A stretch of 64,000 nucleotides of DNA from the NCBI GenBank assembly GCA_019057475.1, contig DXJO01000020.1:64001-128000 (forward strand), written 5' to 3'. Under the pieces are notes generated by a model. It was not told the origin of the DNA, ran no database searches, and saw only the letters and a list, made by a program, of their open reading frames with translations. Below are positions 51,034 to 61,326 of this stretch, piece after piece. Numbering within the stretch: position 1 is the first letter of the stretch; each line of letters starts with the position of its first letter. The stretch comes from Candidatus Thorarchaeota archaeon (GTDB lineage: Archaea > Asgardarchaeota > Thorarchaeia > Thorarchaeales > Thorarchaeaceae). A program made the translations under genes and the position numbers.

Positions 51034-51477
51034 TTGACTGGTTCAAAGAGCCCGATGGGCGAATTTGCAGCAAGACCCCTCCGGTCCAAGCGGAAGAAGT
51101 ACCGCTGGAAGAAGCCCAGCTTGAAGAGACGAATGCTCAAGCTGAAGCGGAAGACCGATCCGCTAGAGGGTGCCCCGCAGGCACGCGGAATCGTGTTGGA
51201 GAAGGTCGGTATTGAGTCGAAACAACCCAACTCAGCTATCAGAAAGGCCGTTAGGATTCAGCTCTCTAAGAACGGTAAACAAATCACCGCATTCATACCG
51301 GGCGATGGCGGACTCAAATATATCGATGAACACGACGAAGTCATTGTCCAGGGCATTGGGGGCGCAATGGGAGGAGCTATGGGTGATATCCCCGGCGTAA
51401 GATGGGCTGTGGTAAAAGTCAACGGAGTTTCCCTTGAGTCTCTTATCTACGGCAGGGCAGAGAAACCAATTCGTTAG
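51034..51477 (+). CDS. rps12: Ribosomal protein S12 (uS12)
   Basis: KQPNSAIRK and GDIPGVR; probable TTG start at 51034. Confidence 0.96.
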   Translation: MTGSKSPMGEFAARPLRSKRKKYRWKKPSLKRRMLKLKRKTDPLEGAPQARGIVLEKVGIESKQPNSAIRKAVRIQLSKNGKQITAFIPGDGGLKYIDEHDEVIVQGIGGAMGGAMGDIPGVRWAVVKVNGVSLESLIYGRAEKPIR

Positions 51478-51486
51478 GTGATAAAG

Positions 51487-52149
51487 ATGACTGAAGAAAA
51501 AAAAGATGCGCCAGTCCAAGAAGAGCCGAAGGCGCAAAGCCTGCCTGTAGCCACGCCTGATTTTCTGTTGTTTGGTAAATGGGATTCAACAGTGGTCCAA
51601 GTGAAGGATGTTGGTCTTACCCGATACATCTCTCTGAAGTCTGTCCTGATTCCGCATACAGCAGGAAGGCACAGCCACAAACGTTTCCACAAGAGCAATG
51701 TACCTATTGTAGAGCGATTCGTGAATAAACTACTCAATGCAGGACGGCGCAAAGACAAGAAGACACGCACTGGCAGGACCGCAGGCAAGAAAACACGAAC
51801 AATCAACGTGGTCAGACGAGTCTTTGAGATTATTAATTTCAGAACTGGCCTCAATCCAATCCAAGTTCTCGTGACTGCTATCGAAAATACTGCTCCTTCC
51901 GAGGAAACGACAAGAATTTCCTATGGTGGAATGGCATATCCTCGCTCAGTAGACGTTTCTCCCCAGCGCAGGATTGATCTCGCTTTGAAGTACCTCGCTG
52001 TAGGCGCAGTTCGTTCATCGCACAAGAATGCCAAGTCGTTCGAGGAATGTATCGTTGACGAGCTGCTTCTTGCTTACAAAGGCGATTCTGGAAGCTATGG
52101 AATTTCCAGAAAAGAAGAGCGCGAGAGAGTGGCCCGTTCAGCAAGGTAG
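51487..52149 (+). CDS. rps7: Ribosomal protein S7 (uS7)
   Basis: LFGKW, NPIQVL and VDVSPQRR. Confidence 0.96.
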   Translation: MTEEKKDAPVQEEPKAQSLPVATPDFLLFGKWDSTVVQVKDVGLTRYISLKSVLIPHTAGRHSHKRFHKSNVPIVERFVNKLLNAGRRKDKKTRTGRTAGKKTRTINVVRRVFEIINFRTGLNPIQVLVTAIENTAPSEETTRISYGGMAYPRSVDVSPQRRIDLALKYLAVGAVRSSHKNAKSFEECIVDELLLAYKGDSGSYGISRKEERERVARSAR

Positions 52150-52292
52150 TATTCTTCTCAACCTTGTATTATCATCCTGTATCAGCAGAATTGATGCTGC
52201 ATTTCATAGTGTTTTTAGAGAGCCTTATCAGAGAGATAGGTTCCAGTCGATGCACTCAATGCGCAAGTGAAGAACCTGACGAGGAACGAGAG

Positions 52293-53201
52293 ATGAACAA
52301 GTCTACTGCGGCATGGCTTACAATAAATCTCATTACAGTGGCTTGGGCATCTTCTCTCATCCTCGCAAAGATTGCTTTCCTGGAAGGGTTGACACCCATC
52401 ATCTTCGTTGCGGTACGCTACACTATCGCTTGCCCCTTTCTCATTGCAGCTGTTTACATGTTCGGACGCAGGTCGAAGCTGCGTGGAGATATGAGGAGTA
52501 ACTGGCGGATCATCCTGCTTGCGGGAATCACAGGTCCATTTCTCTCCCAAGTGCTGCAATACATTGGACTAAGTATGACAACAGCAGACGAAACCATACT
52601 ACTCTTGAACATGAGCCCTGTTTTCGCAGTCTTGATGGCCGCTCCAGTTCTGAAGGAGAAGATAACTAGTGAGAAGATAGGAGGCCTCTTTCTAGCGGTC
52701 ATTGGTGTGGGTCTGATCGTCTTGGGTGGTACGCCACTTGATGATGCTTTTGGTCCCCTACGCCTGGTGGGCAACGCAATTGTGATAGTATCTACATTTC
52801 TGTTTGCGGTTAACGGAATAGCCGGCAAAATGGCGATTAAATCAATTGACGCTGTATCCCTCACTCTATACAGCACCCTATTTGCTGTGCCTTTCATCTG
52901 GCTCTCTGCAGCGTTCATGGAGGACATAACTGTAATACTGCGGCTGAGTGCTGGTGTCTGGGCAATCATCCTCTGGGTCGGGATAGTGAATACGGCACTA
53001 GCATTCGTCCTGTATTACAATGCGATGAATCACATTGAAGCCTCCAGAGTACAGATTGCGCTGAATCTGATAACAGTGTGGGGTGTGCTAATGGCGTTTC
53101 TATTCCTTGGTGAGCCTTTGTTTGCTCTTCAACTCGTAGGCGGTGCCTTGACTGTCGTTGGCGTCATAATCGCTCAGAGAGTTCGCAAAGCCGCCCCTTA
53201 A
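52293..53201 (+). CDS. DMT/EamA family transporter
   Basis: Two EamA repeats with about 10 TM segments; ATG 52293. Confidence 0.9.
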   Translation: MNKSTAAWLTINLITVAWASSLILAKIAFLEGLTPIIFVAVRYTIACPFLIAAVYMFGRRSKLRGDMRSNWRIILLAGITGPFLSQVLQYIGLSMTTADETILLLNMSPVFAVLMAAPVLKEKITSEKIGGLFLAVIGVGLIVLGGTPLDDAFGPLRLVGNAIVIVSTFLFAVNGIAGKMAIKSIDAVSLTLYSTLFAVPFIWLSAAFMEDITVILRLSAGVWAIILWVGIVNTALAFVLYYNAMNHIEASRVQIALNLITVWGVLMAFLFLGEPLFALQLVGGALTVVGVIIAQRVRKAAP

Positions 53202-53357
53202 GCTTGAAGTCGATGAGTCCACTGTTGGGAAATGAGTGCGCCATCTCCAATTAATCAGGCTGTCTTGTAGAAAGCGTTAAAAGCACGGTCCAAGGTGGCA
53301 CTCACGGTCTGTACCCCTTAGAGGACAGATTGAAAGCGAATAAGGAGAAATAATGCC

Positions 53358-54662
53358 TTGTCCAAGAAACAGAAGGATCACCTGAATCTAGTGGTAGTTG
53401 GTCACGTCGACCACGGCAAGTCCACTATGACTGGTAGACTCCTATACGAAACTGGCGCTGTTGACGAACGCACTTTCCAACAGCATAAAGCCGAAGCAGA
53501 AAAACTTGGGCGACCCAGCTGGGCATGGGCTTTTGCGCTGGACCGCCTGAAAGAGGAACGTGAGCGAGGTCTAACCATTGACATCGCCTTCTTCAAGTTC
53601 CTCACTGACAAATACTATTACACGATCATCGATGCACCTGGTCACAAGGACTTCATCAAGAACATGATCACTGGCGCATCTCAGGCCGACGTGGCTCTTC
53701 TTGTGGTATCTGCAAAGAAGGGTGAATTCGAAGCCGGCATCGGACCTGGTGGCCAGACAAAGGAGCACGCATACCTAGTGATGACACTCGGTGTGCCGAG
53801 CATAATTGTCTGTGTCAACAAGATGGATGACGACAGCGTGAAGTACAGCGAGGACCGCTACAATGAGGTTAAGGAGGAAGTATCAGGCTTCCTGAAGAGC
53901 ATTGGTTACAAAATGGACAAGATTCCGTTCATTCCAACTTCAGCCCTCGATGCAGCAAACCTGAAGGAACAGTCCAAGGACTTCACTCCTTGGTATGAAG
54001 GTCCCAGCTTGCTTCAGGCACTCGACCTCGTCGATCTTCCGCCAAAGCCACTTAAGAAGCCTCTGAGGATTCCGATTAACGACGTCTACTCAATCAAGGG
54101 TGTCGGAACTGTGCCAGTCGGTCGTGTTGAAACCGGTGTGATGAAGCCTGGGATGAAGATTACCTTCATGCCCCCCAACAAGACTGGAGAGGTCAAGTCA
54201 ATCGAGATGCATCACGAGATTCTGTCGCAGGCAGTACCTGGTGATAACATTGGCTTCAACATAAGAGGCATCGAGAGGAAAGACCTTGGCCGTGGTGACG
54301 TTGCAGGTCCTACTGACAAGCCACCGACAGTCGCTGCTGACTACACTGGCCAGATCATGGTCATCCAGCATCCGACAGCCATCACAGTGGGTTATACTCC
54401 AGTTGTTCATGCACACACCGCTCAGGTAGCGTGCAGGTTCGATCAGATTCTGCAGAAGCTAGACCAGGCAACTGGTCAGCTTATCGAAGAGAATCCTGAC
54501 TTTGTGAAGAAAGGCGAGAGCATGATAGCGAAACTCGTGCCTCTCAAGCCGATGTGCATTGAAACCTACAAGCAGTTCCCACAGCTCGGCCGCTTCGCGG
54601 TACGTGACATGGGCATGACAGTCGCAGTCGGCGTTGTCACAAAAGTCACTAAGAGGAAATAG
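53358..54662 (+). CDS. tuf: Translation elongation factor EF-1 alpha
   Basis: [17 protein letters not shown] and GRFAVRDMG. Confidence 0.98.
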   Translation: MSKKQKDHLNLVVVGHVDHGKSTMTGRLLYETGAVDERTFQQHKAEAEKLGRPSWAWAFALDRLKEERERGLTIDIAFFKFLTDKYYYTIIDAPGHKDFIKNMITGASQADVALLVVSAKKGEFEAGIGPGGQTKEHAYLVMTLGVPSIIVCVNKMDDDSVKYSEDRYNEVKEEVSGFLKSIGYKMDKIPFIPTSALDAANLKEQSKDFTPWYEGPSLLQALDLVDLPPKPLKKPLRIPINDVYSIKGVGTVPVGRVETGVMKPGMKITFMPPNKTGEVKSIEMHHEILSQAVPGDNIGFNIRGIERKDLGRGDVAGPTDKPPTVAADYTGQIMVIQHPTAITVGYTPVVHAHTAQVACRFDQILQKLDQATGQLIEENPDFVKKGESMIAKLVPLKPMCIETYKQFPQLGRFAVRDMGMTVAVGVVTKVTKRK

Positions 54663-54667
54663 TTCAC

Positions 54668-54710
54668 AGAACCGGGTCGCAAGGCCCGAGTTCTCTCTTA
54701 TTTTTTTATT
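54668..54710 (+). terminator. Hairpin plus T-tract after tuf
   Basis: AGAAC-CGGGTC-GCAA-GGCCCG-A-GTTCT followed by TTTTTTT. Confidence 0.7.
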
Positions 54711-54793
54711 CAGCTTTGCTTGTTACTATGCAATCCATATGCGATTCATCATTACCTGCTCTTGGGATAATGGGACTTCATCAAAATAGAGAG

Positions 54794-54908
54794 TGGCGCT
54801 GGGGGCGAGATTCGAACTCGCGCGTGCAAGCACACCAACTGTCAGCCCGCCCGCGTCACGCGTAGGCGATTAGCAGGCTGGCTCCGTACCAGGCTCGGAA
54901 ACCCCAGC
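54794..54908 (-). tRNA. tRNA-Ser(GCT) with 30-nt intron (54841-54870)
   Basis: GCTGGGG/CCCCAGC, CCAGC-CTGCTA^A-GTTGG, long variable arm, GCCA. Confidence 0.93.
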
Positions 54909-55047
54909 ATCAAGGTGTGCGAACTTTGCTCTTCTCTTAAAGATTATCGTACTTCTCTTTTACTTCGGCATTTGCCATCAACGATTTCATCATTACTGCA
55001 ATAACAAACGCTATTTTGCTAAGAGTTATCCTTAGATTTGTGGGGTT

Positions 55048-55401
55048 GTGGCGATTTATCTGCTTACAGTAATCTATTCCGCGCTGAGAATAATACTGCA
55101 TAATGAATCGGAACGGACTGGATACTCGGTAGTCCTCCTTAGGAAGCAGAGAATTCTCCTGTCGTTGGCAACCATTCCTGCATGGACAATTTACTATGTC
55201 TACACAGTCATGACGTTCATAGTAATCTATTCAGACCCTCCAGATTTTTCAGGATTTCCACCATGGCCAGTTCCGTTCTACATTGCTGGCTTGGCCTGGC
55301 TTGTATTCGATGTGTTGTGGCAGTTCCGGAAGCTTCAGCACGAGATAATTCGAGGTCCTATTATAGACGGCACCGCCGATTCATTTCAGAATCGTTGGTA
55401 G
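55048..55401 (+). CDS. Small membrane protein, paralog 1
   Basis: Shares RK.RILLSL..IPA.T and YIA.LAWLVFDVL with 55486-55824. Confidence 0.7.
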   Translation: MAIYLLTVIYSALRIILHNESERTGYSVVLLRKQRILLSLATIPAWTIYYVYTVMTFIVIYSDPPDFSGFPPWPVPFYIAGLAWLVFDVLWQFRKLQHEIIRGPIIDGTADSFQNRW

Positions 55402-55485
55402 CACCTATCAACAATTCTTCTCTAGGAAACCAGTACGAAAACGAACAGTTTTTCACTAAGAACAAGATATGCACCTGCGGGGGTC

Positions 55486-55824
55486 GTGTCGATTCAACTC
55501 GTTAAGAATTGTGTAGCAGCAGGAGTCTATCTCTTGTTGAGAGTACTACTCCAAAATGCACCAGAACAAACTAGACTCTCGATAATTCGCGTTCGCAAGC
55601 TGAGGATTCTTTTATCGCTATTGGCCATTCCCGCGTTGACTTTGCTTTATGTTGATGACATCATGGTACACCTACAGTACTATCCCATGGTCATGCCCCC
55701 GCTTCCTGTTTCGGTTTACATTGCTTGCCTAGCGTGGCTTGTATTCGATGTGTTGCGGGAGTACAATGCGCTTGTCAAAGCTAAAAGGTGGGCTAGTGAA
55801 GAAGATCCCGTTGAATCATCTTAG
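55486..55824 (+). CDS. Small membrane protein, paralog 2
   Basis: Tandem paralog of 55048-55401. Confidence 0.7.
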   Translation: MSIQLVKNCVAAGVYLLLRVLLQNAPEQTRLSIIRVRKLRILLSLLAIPALTLLYVDDIMVHLQYYPMVMPPLPVSVYIACLAWLVFDVLREYNALVKAKRWASEEDPVESS

Positions 55825-55883
55825 GACTGATAGAGCCTGACAACTACTCCTTTTCAATGAATCAGAATAACAACAAGCAAAGG

Positions 55884-56195
55884 TGCAGCGGCCCCAACAC
55901 TTCGGGTGTCCTTCTCCTGCGAAGAATGCTCGTCGTGCTTCTCAAAGCAGCGCTCTCTGAGGCTCCACCACTTAGTCTGAGGGCTGTTCCCGCCAGGGCC
56001 TGACCCGGTTCGACAATCTAAGTCAATCACAACAGTCCTACGACTGTTGGTATGACCGTGACAGACTTCAAAGACTGCTCGTCATCGTCCCACAGCGAAT
56101 CTCAACAGGATTGGGGTTCATCCTCCGCATGGTTACTGGTGCCACTATTGCCATGTGGTTTCAGCCGCGGCAAACGGCCCACCCTGCCCGCTGCA
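55884..56195 (-). ncRNA. ffs: Archaeal SRP (7S) RNA
   Basis: Terminal helix TGCAGCGG/CCGCTGCA, helix 6 CAACAGTC-GTAG-GACTGTTG, helix 8 GAACCGGGTCAGGCCC-TGGC-GGGAACAGCCC; about 312 nt. Confidence 0.92.
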
Positions 56196-56249
56196 GTTCG
56201 AGGAATCTACTGGTATGCCTAAAAAAGTTACCAATTGGGCTCAAACAAA

Positions 56250-58031
56250 CTAGATGAAGGCTCCAGCCGCCCTCTTTATTGTAACGATCTCTTCCAACAC
56301 ATCCAGTTCTGGCTGTGTTAAATCCTCAGAAAACTTCTTTCTGATTGCGAGAATATGCTTGTCAGGCACGTCAATGTAGAGTACTTCATTGTCCTTTACC
56401 TGTCTGCCAATGCTCGGCCCTCGGATAGACACTGCAACTTCCATTCCATCAGTTGCCTCATCTATCGTGACACTTCTATCCTGAATCTGCAGAATGGTTC
56501 CCACGCGCTTTCCTTGCCCATTGATGAGGGCTGTTCTTGGCTTCACAACGCCGCTTACTTTGACGCCTACGACTGCTGGATTCTTCTGCCTGAATACATA
56601 GTCAGGTATGAGCGTAATTTTTCCAGGCCTAACAATTGAGCCAAGCGACTCAGCCTTTGCCTGCTCTCGTTTCACTATGAGCCACGCGTTGAAATCATCA
56701 AAGAGGCGATAGATCACCTCATTCATGAATACCTCGACTCCGTATTCTGCAGCCAGATCCTCAATATCAGGTGCAATTTTAACGTTGAACCCCAGTACGA
56801 CGGCGTTGAGAGGGTCTGTATCACCTGCAGCTTGGGCCTCAACTATGTCCCTTTTAACAATCTGACCAACATCAGCAATCCGTACTGGAATCTTGCGGTC
56901 CTGCAAGAACTGACTGACTGCCTCCAAAGAACCAAGAGTATCGGTCTTCAGAACAACACCGGATGAATCCTTCTGAATGCGTATTGAGCTGATCTCATCA
57001 CGTATTTTGGACTTGATAGCTTCAAGTTCATCTAAATCACTAACAGCATAGACTGGTGCACCAGCCAGTGCTCCCTTGATGTCGGGAGACACAATTTTAA
57101 CACCTGCCGCGGCATGCACCTCGTCAACGTGCGCAAACTTCTCTTTTGGGTCTCTAATCTCATCAAGCGCCTTTGGGAGCAGTAATGCTCTGATTTTAGC
57201 AACTATGACATCATCGAGACCGCCGACCACTATAGTATCAGACTTCCTCAAAACCCCCTCATAGATTATTGTATCAAGCGTTGTGCCTAGGCCGGTTTCC
57301 TCTCTGACCTCCAGTATCGCTCCCTTAGCCGGACCCGTGGAGATACTGAGCCTATCCTTAAGGTACTGCTGAGTCAGTCCTGAGAGGACCATCAACAGCT
57401 CAGGAATGCCATCCCCGGTCTTCGCACTAGTGGGCACAATGGCCACAGTCTGCGTGAAGTCCTCTACACGATCATATCTTTCCGAAGCGATTCCGTTTGC
57501 AGACAGTGCTCCAACAATCTCGTATAGACGTCGGTCTAGCTCGTTCTGTATTGTCTTGTTCTGCGACTTTATGGCCTGGAACAGGTCGACATCAGGAACA
57601 CTCCTCCATCCCGGGACCTTGTCGAGCTTGTTAGCGGCTATGAGGAACGGTGTTTTCCCTGATTTCAGTATCTTCAATGATTCATAGGACTGAGTCAGTG
57701 GCCCCTCATTGATGTCCACTACTAATATCGCTATGTCAGCTATCGCTCCACCGCGTCTTCTGAGGTTCAGGTATGCTTCATGGCCTGGCGTGTCAATGAA
57801 CAGCAGGCCATCGATTGTTAATTGGGTGTTGACGCTCTCCAGAAGGTTTCCACAAATGGAGAGAATCGTTTCAGTCGGGAAAAAGGAAGCGCCGATATGT
57901 TGAGTGATGCCTGCCGCCTCTCGATCCTGCACTGCTGTACCTCGCATCTTGTCCAGTAGTGAGGTTTTGCCATGGTCTATGTGACCGAGTACCGTGACAA
58001 TGGGGGAACGCAGTTTTGCTTCCTGAGTCAT
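56250..58031 (-). CDS. infB: Translation initiation factor aIF5B/IF-2
   Basis: LRSPIV.VLGHIDHGKT, GITQHIGA, DTPGH and NKLD. Confidence 0.97.
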   Translation of the reverse strand: MTQEAKLRSPIVTVLGHIDHGKTSLLDKMRGTAVQDREAAGITQHIGASFFPTETILSICGNLLESVNTQLTIDGLLFIDTPGHEAYLNLRRRGGAIADIAILVVDINEGPLTQSYESLKILKSGKTPFLIAANKLDKVPGWRSVPDVDLFQAIKSQNKTIQNELDRRLYEIVGALSANGIASERYDRVEDFTQTVAIVPTSAKTGDGIPELLMVLSGLTQQYLKDRLSISTGPAKGAILEVREETGLGTTLDTIIYEGVLRKSDTIVVGGLDDVIVAKIRALLLPKALDEIRDPKEKFAHVDEVHAAAGVKIVSPDIKGALAGAPVYAVSDLDELEAIKSKIRDEISSIRIQKDSSGVVLKTDTLGSLEAVSQFLQDRKIPVRIADVGQIVKRDIVEAQAAGDTDPLNAVVLGFNVKIAPDIEDLAAEYGVEVFMNEVIYRLFDDFNAWLIVKREQAKAESLGSIVRPGKITLIPDYVFRQKNPAVVGVKVSGVVKPRTALINGQGKRVGTILQIQDRSVTIDEATDGMEVAVSIRGPSIGRQVKDNEVLYIDVPDKHILAIRKKFSEDLTQPELDVLEEIVTIKRAAGAFI

Positions 58032-58165
58032 CAATGGCCACCTCACAAGAAGATTGATGCCAAGCAATTTTCCCTAGCTTATGAAACTGTCGTTTGCGAT
58101 AGTCGAGCCACAACCCTGAAATAACAAAGAACTGTGTTCGCCATCAGCAAGATAGACATAGTTCG

Positions 58166-58837
58166 GTGAAGCAGTTGGAACGCTCTTTTGTAATAATCAA
58201 ACCTGATGGAACCGCTAGAAGAAGAGTGAGTGCCTTAGTGATCAAGGCTCTACTGGATAGAGGATACAGTGTCCGTGCCTTCAAAGAAATGAAGGTATCC
58301 AAATCGTTGGCTGAAATGCACTACGCGGTCCATAAGGAGAAACCATTCTTCCCTTGGCTTGTAGACTTCATAACTTCCGCCAATGTTCTGACAATGATTC
58401 TCGAAGCTGATAACGTAATCGAGGGCGTTCGCGAAGCGCTTGGTGCGACATTCGTTCAGAAGGCTTCGTCCGATTCACTAAGAGGACGTTATGGAATATG
58501 GGCTGGCATCAATATCGCCCACGCATCTGATGGACCGGATACCGCAAGAACTGAGATATCTCTCTGGATGACTGAAGGTGGCATTGAAGAGTCTGATGAC
58601 GCAGAGGCCTCTGCTTGGGCCTATATCAACAAGTACAGTTCTGGAAGCGCAGATTATACCATGGATATTCGCAATATTGTCAAAGAATCCATTGAAAATG
58701 GAAACACATCACCTGCTGTTCTGAGCTCGCTGGAAGATCTGCTAGGTAAAGATGCAGACGGAATCGAGAAGAAATCAATCGACGCTCTGGCAAACGCGAT
58801 TTTTGATTACATTAAGGAAGAAGCCGAGAAAAAATGA
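58166..58837 (+). CDS. ndk: Nucleoside diphosphate kinase with a C-terminal extension
   Basis: ERSFVIIKPDG, HY..HK.KPFF..L and NIAHASD. Confidence 0.92.
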   Translation: MKQLERSFVIIKPDGTARRRVSALVIKALLDRGYSVRAFKEMKVSKSLAEMHYAVHKEKPFFPWLVDFITSANVLTMILEADNVIEGVREALGATFVQKASSDSLRGRYGIWAGINIAHASDGPDTARTEISLWMTEGGIEESDDAEASAWAYINKYSSGSADYTMDIRNIVKESIENGNTSPAVLSSLEDLLGKDADGIEKKSIDALANAIFDYIKEEAEKK

Positions 58838-58894
58838 CACCAGGTGGCAAAAAGTACCACCTATGCCTTTTACATGCAGATTCAAACAGGTGCT

Positions 58895-59095
58895 TCAGCG
58901 CTTCGTTTTGCCACCCTTCTCATAGCCCGTAGTCCACTTGGTATCTCTGGGCTTCATCTTCCGTTTTATCCTGTTGACCTTGCACTTATTCGAACAGAAC
59001 CACAGTACAGCCCCGTCCTTTGTCTGTACGTAGGCCATGCCCGTGCCAGGCTCGATGTCCTTGCCACAGAAGACGCATTTCTGTGTTCCAACCAC
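58895..59095 (-). CDS. rpl24e: Ribosomal protein L24e
   Basis: CVFCG..I.PGTG...FCS.KC. Confidence 0.96.
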   Translation of the reverse strand: MVGTQKCVFCGKDIEPGTGMAYVQTKDGAVLWFCSNKCKVNRIKRKMKPRDTKWTTGYEKGGKTKR

Positions 59096-59097
59096 GC

Positions 59098-59331
59098 CTA
59101 ACGCCTCCTCATCTTCCGAGCTTCACGTTCAGTTTCTCGGAGAGAGAGAATATCGCCCTCTCTGACAGGGCCTTTCACGTTGCGAGTGAGCACCCGACCT
59201 CTGTCCCGTCCGTCCAATATCTTGACTCGGACTTGGGTGATTTCCCCGGTCACTCCAGTTCTTCCCAGAATCTGGATAACCTCCGCCGGGGTTGCGGCAG
59301 TCCTATCTGAGTCATCATTTGTTTTACTCAT
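59098..59331 (-). CDS. rps28e: Ribosomal protein S28e
   Basis: [10 protein letters not shown]...[11 protein letters not shown]. Confidence 0.96.
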   Translation of the reverse strand: MSKTNDDSDRTAATPAEVIQILGRTGVTGEITQVRVKILDGRDRGRVLTRNVKGPVREGDILSLRETEREARKMRRR

Positions 59332-59355
59332 CTAAAGCCATCACCTAGAAGAGCA

Positions 59356-59727
59356 CTATTTGCGCAGTCCAGCTATCTTCTCAACCAAGTCATCAACAAG
59401 GTCCTTCGCCTTGCCATCAATGACGATGGCGACCGCCGCTGTGGGGCGTTCGATACCGCAAGCATTACCAAGGTCCTTCTTGCTATCCACGAAGATGTAT
59501 GGTGCTTTCTTGTCATCACAGAGACCTGGCAAGTACATGATGATCTCTGGAGGTTCTACGTCCCCTGCAACCAGTACAAGACGTGCAATTCCACGCTCGA
59601 TGGACTTAGTTGCCTCGTTTATTCCTTTCTTGATTCGTCCTGTATCTTTGGCAATCTCAAGAGCTTCGAGAGCCTTCTTCTGGAGCTCTTCAGGGAATTC
59701 AACTTCAACAAAACTCGGTTTCGGCAT
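59356..59727 (-). CDS. rpl7ae: Ribosomal protein L7Ae
   Basis: KKGINEATK.IERG...DVEPPEI. Confidence 0.97.
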   Translation of the reverse strand: MPKPSFVEVEFPEELQKKALEALEIAKDTGRIKKGINEATKSIERGIARLVLVAGDVEPPEIIMYLPGLCDDKKAPYIFVDSKKDLGNACGIERPTAAVAIVIDGKAKDLVDDLVEKIAGLRK

Positions 59728-59868
59728 TATTATCTACCTCTGTTTTCACATCATTGGTATGAGTGTCTATTAACGCACCCGTTGCAAAGGGTGCATTCTC
59801 GTCGCTGTCATGCCTACTTCTTTTAAAACTGTCGAACTAGTCTGACTCAACAACTAGGGATGGCATGT

Positions 59869-60861
59869 CTAATATCCTAGTTCCCTGATTGCCCCTACTA
59901 GGTCATCATCACTTGCTTTGCAATGAGCAAGAACCGAGTATCTTCCTCGTTTCTTCATAATTTTCTGTGCGTGGTGTATGTCATCAAGAAATGTAGCTTC
60001 AGTTAAATCCAGTTCCTTGAGTTCTACTGGCATATTCCTCTCCAGTAGAAAGTCCCTGATATCTGATGGTCGATGCTTGGCATAGCCGGCCTCGTCAAGA
60101 AAATGGAGGCTTAGGGGAGTAGCAAATGCAACTTGAAGGCCATGTAGACTCTGCATCCTTCGATCCATTGCGTGGGATATTGCATGTTCTGTTCCGGAGC
60201 AGGGTCTAGAACTCCCAAAGTCAGTCATGGCATTGCCTGTGTCTATCACAGATTTGACGAGGGTTTCGAGGTTATCGTCCTTTAGCACAGTTTCGAGTGC
60301 GAACTCTACTGTTCTGTAGACGTCCTCATCCAGTGGCTCACCTGCAAGCTCATTGGCGAGTCGCCACTCCGCTAAACTTGATGCCTTGCTGAGTATATCT
60401 CCTATCCCAGACAGAGTCAGTATTCGAGGAGCGGTAGACATCACACTCAAATCCGCAAGTATGAAACTTGGCTTCTTGCATTTCTCTGAATAGCGATAAC
60501 CGTCGTGCATTACAGAGGCAACGTCACTCGCAATGCCGTCATGTGATGCCGCAGTGGGGATAGAAATCCAATCGAGTCCTGCTTCGAGTGCGAAGAGCTT
60601 GGCCATATCGATGCTCCTTCCACCGCCAAAGCCTATGATCACATCGATGCCATGATATCGCGAAACCAATCCCTTCCGATAATCAGGTGATATGGACCAC
60701 ATCACGTCAGCATCGATAATACTCTCCATCATTTGCCCATACTTGTCGTAGATGACCACATCCGATACGATTAGAGGTTTCTTGTATCCTTCAAGGATGT
60801 CATTGAGCTTCTCTAAGGCACCCTCTGCAATAATCACATTGCTTGAGGTCATATCGTCCAC
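59869..60861 (-). CDS. egsA: Glycerol-1-phosphate dehydrogenase [NAD(P)+]
   Basis: GGGRSID, PTAASHDGIAS, SRPCSGTEH.ISH and LHGLQV. Confidence 0.88.
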   Translation of the reverse strand: MDDMTSSNVIIAEGALEKLNDILEGYKKPLIVSDVVIYDKYGQMMESIIDADVMWSISPDYRKGLVSRYHGIDVIIGFGGGRSIDMAKLFALEAGLDWISIPTAASHDGIASDVASVMHDGYRYSEKCKKPSFILADLSVMSTAPRILTLSGIGDILSKASSLAEWRLANELAGEPLDEDVYRTVEFALETVLKDDNLETLVKSVIDTGNAMTDFGSSRPCSGTEHAISHAMDRRMQSLHGLQVAFATPLSLHFLDEAGYAKHRPSDIRDFLLERNMPVELKELDLTEATFLDDIHHAQKIMKKRGRYSVLAHCKASDDDLVGAIRELGY

Positions 60862-61326
60862 TTCTTATGGGCCGGTCCAAGTACCACAATTAAGGGTATG
60901 CAACAGCTGCGAAGAACCTGTAAAATCTTGAACATTTCGTAGGTAGTTATGACATACTGCTCAGGATTGAGTGGTGTGGTTGTTCAATGCTGATTGCTAA
61001 TGCCTGCATGCAATTTGGTCGCCGCCAGTTAGACGGAGACAGAAAACGCCTATGGAGAGGACGTGAGACTTGTCGCAGATTCAGTAGGATCTGCAGAGCA
61101 GACCTCAATGAATCAGGAACCGAACATCAGTCAAGGACATTGATGTCTAGGATTGTACAAGTTTCGGGCTACGGCTTCTATCTCGTGCCAACTGGGCCAG
61201 CTTCCAGTAATCCTTGTATCAGTCTTAAGTAGAGTGAATTACGGGCCGGGAATTTGCGAGTGTAATACTACAGCTGATATGTTGAAGGTGCACGATTCAT
61301 TCAGTGAGCACCTGGAGTCCCATCTC

